The notes under the pieces are model-generated. The model worked only from the letters and a program-made list of their open reading frames with translations, was not told the origin of the DNA and did not search any database. 64,000 nucleotides of DNA from Tubiluchus corallicola (taxonomy: Eukaryota; Animalia; Priapulida), in the NCBI GenBank assembly GCA_030141605.1, contig JAQGDQ010000022.1:1054001-1118000 (forward strand), read 5' to 3'. A program made the position numbers and the translations under genes. Shown here in pieces: positions 62,622-64,000 of the stretch (position 1 is its first letter; the number at the start of each line of letters is the position of its first letter).

Positions 62622-62700
62622 TGACTTTGATTATAGGGGGCTAGTAACGATCACATTGACTTGTAATCCCAAGGTCCTTGCTTCAAACCAGCTCAGTCAC
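62622..62700 (+). pseudogene. Degenerate tRNA-like sequence or SINE head
   Basis: TGACT…AGTCA ends, anticodon-like loop TTGTAAT, T-loop-like TTCAAA. Stems are broken, so it is not a functional tRNA. Confidence 0.35.
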
Positions 62701-63056
62701 AACTTTTCGTACATTTCTGTGCTTTCAGTTAAGTTTTGTTGCGAAAATTCGTCATTATTCTCTCAGATTTATAAATAGTTAATTTATTGTGAACTGGAAA
62801 TTTGTTTGCCACTGGTTTAGAAGTGTGCTATTGGCCATTTTGCATTTGCTTTGCTACTTCTGCAATTATAATCAATTAGGTTTGAATAAAAGGAAAAATG
62901 CGCTTTCTACTTTTAAAACATCGTAAAAAAATTTCTGTGTTATCAGGTCTTTAACTTCTCAAATTAGATACTGCTGCTGTTCTATGATTGCTAAAAGTAA
63001 TACAATTGTTTGTTTTTTCATGCACATTATCATTTGATGGACGAACACATTTACAG

Positions 63057-63071
63057 CTTTGTGCAGCACAA
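63057..63071 (+). CDS. PPT1: PPT1 exon 6, 15-nt microexon
   Basis: tttacAG|CTTTGTGCAGCACAA|GTATGT, phase 2/2. Supplies (S)FVQH(N), filling the gap between AYT and LVQAQYW. Confidence 0.88.
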
Positions 63072-63292
63072 GTATGTATTTGTAGTTTTTAAACTGTATA
63101 GTTTAATATTAGTAATTGTGTCGCATTAAGCAGTAATCAAGATGGCAACTGTCATTATAACAACTTTTAATGTGTACAGCTAATAGATAAGCTTAATAAT
63201 AATCGTCAAAAATAATAAACTCACTAATTATAGATGATACCGTAATTATAATTAGGCTAATAAATAGGTTTATTTTATAATTAAATTTGCAG

Positions 63293-63383
63293 TTTAGTGC
63301 AAGCGCAGTATTGGCATGATCCACTAAATGAAGAACTGTACCGAAATAAAAGTATTTTCCTTGCAGATGTTAATCAAGAAAAT
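63293..63383 (+). CDS. PPT1: PPT1 exon 7
   Basis: 91 nt. [30 protein letters not shown]. Confidence 0.96.
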
Positions 63384-63577
63384 GTAAGTTATTGATATTG
63401 TCTTTTTAGTACACCTTCTCAATATCATGTGTTTCTGCTTTTCCTCTTGTAGCATATTGTTGATTTATATACCCGAAACCTAAGTCTAATGTTACTATAC
63501 AGCTTAATGTTATTGAATAATTATTTAATAAGGATATTATTTGTATTTTGTATAGCATGTGCTCTTATTATTTGCAG

Positions 63578-63676
63578 GTCAAGAATCCAAAGTACAAGGA
63601 AAACCTGGCAAAACTGAAGAATTTTGTGATGGTTATGTTTGCAGATGATACCATGGTGGATCCGAAAGAATCTGAG
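63578..63676 (+). CDS. PPT1: PPT1 exon 8 (catalytic Asp region); gene continues beyond the window
   Basis: 99 nt. VKNPKYKENLAKLKNFVMVMFADDTMVDPKESE. Confidence 0.95.
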
Positions 63677-64000
63677 GTAAAAAAATTGAATTCTTTAATG
63701 TAGATTCAAATTTTTAGTAATTTAAATGTTGAAATCAGAAATCGATTATCTATTAGTAGCAAAAATGACATTAAGATCTAAAAGTTTTCCTGAAATTGTT
63801 AAAAAAAGCAAGTGATATGTAAAGCACTAAGTTGTCTTGGCATACCATCTTAAAAAACATTAACAGACAGACACGTATTGTTCCATGACTAGTTTGAAAG
63901 CATTTCACGTGCTGCCACACAGCAAACTTGGCACTCTGCAAAATAGATCTGCTACTCAGTGGCAGTGCTGATTGTGGTAGGACTGGCATCTTGCTTATGA

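Overview
AT-rich, intron-containing animal genomic DNA, not prokaryotic. It is probably an invertebrate, and lophotrochozoan affinity is only an inference from the repeat types. Six protein-coding genes can be assembled by hand. (1) The last eight coding exons of an SLC6 Na+/Cl- symporter (+, 412-6382), whose final intron is GC-AG. (2) A convergent class A GPCR with an intronless CDS (-, 7963-9396); its stop codon sits inside a Gln-rich tract that continues in frame. (3) A secreted Gly/Tyr-rich structural or matrix protein (+, 21576-23689) with a TATA promoter. (4) An NSCL/NHLH bHLH factor (+, probably 34170-34287 joined to 41562-41917). (5) Palmitoyl-protein thioesterase 1 (+, 52761 to beyond the window end; eight coding exons seen, including a 15-nt microexon). 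(6) An intronless DUSP3-type phosphatase (+, 54708-55301) nested on the same strand inside PPT1 intron 1. The most striking observation concerns genes 5 and 6. PPT1 exon 1, spliced to the acceptor just upstream of the DUSP, falls exactly in the DUSP reading frame, separated from it by a single UGA. A CLEAR/TFEB-type E-box lies just upstream of that exon. This suggests one lysosomal promoter and first exon may serve two unrelated enzymes. The rest of the window is microsatellites, tRNA- and 5S-derived SINE-like elements, pogo/Tigger and hAT-type non-autonomous DNA transposons, a LINE 3' fragment and several inverted repeats. All gene models come from reading the sequence; none is confirmed by transcripts or database searches.
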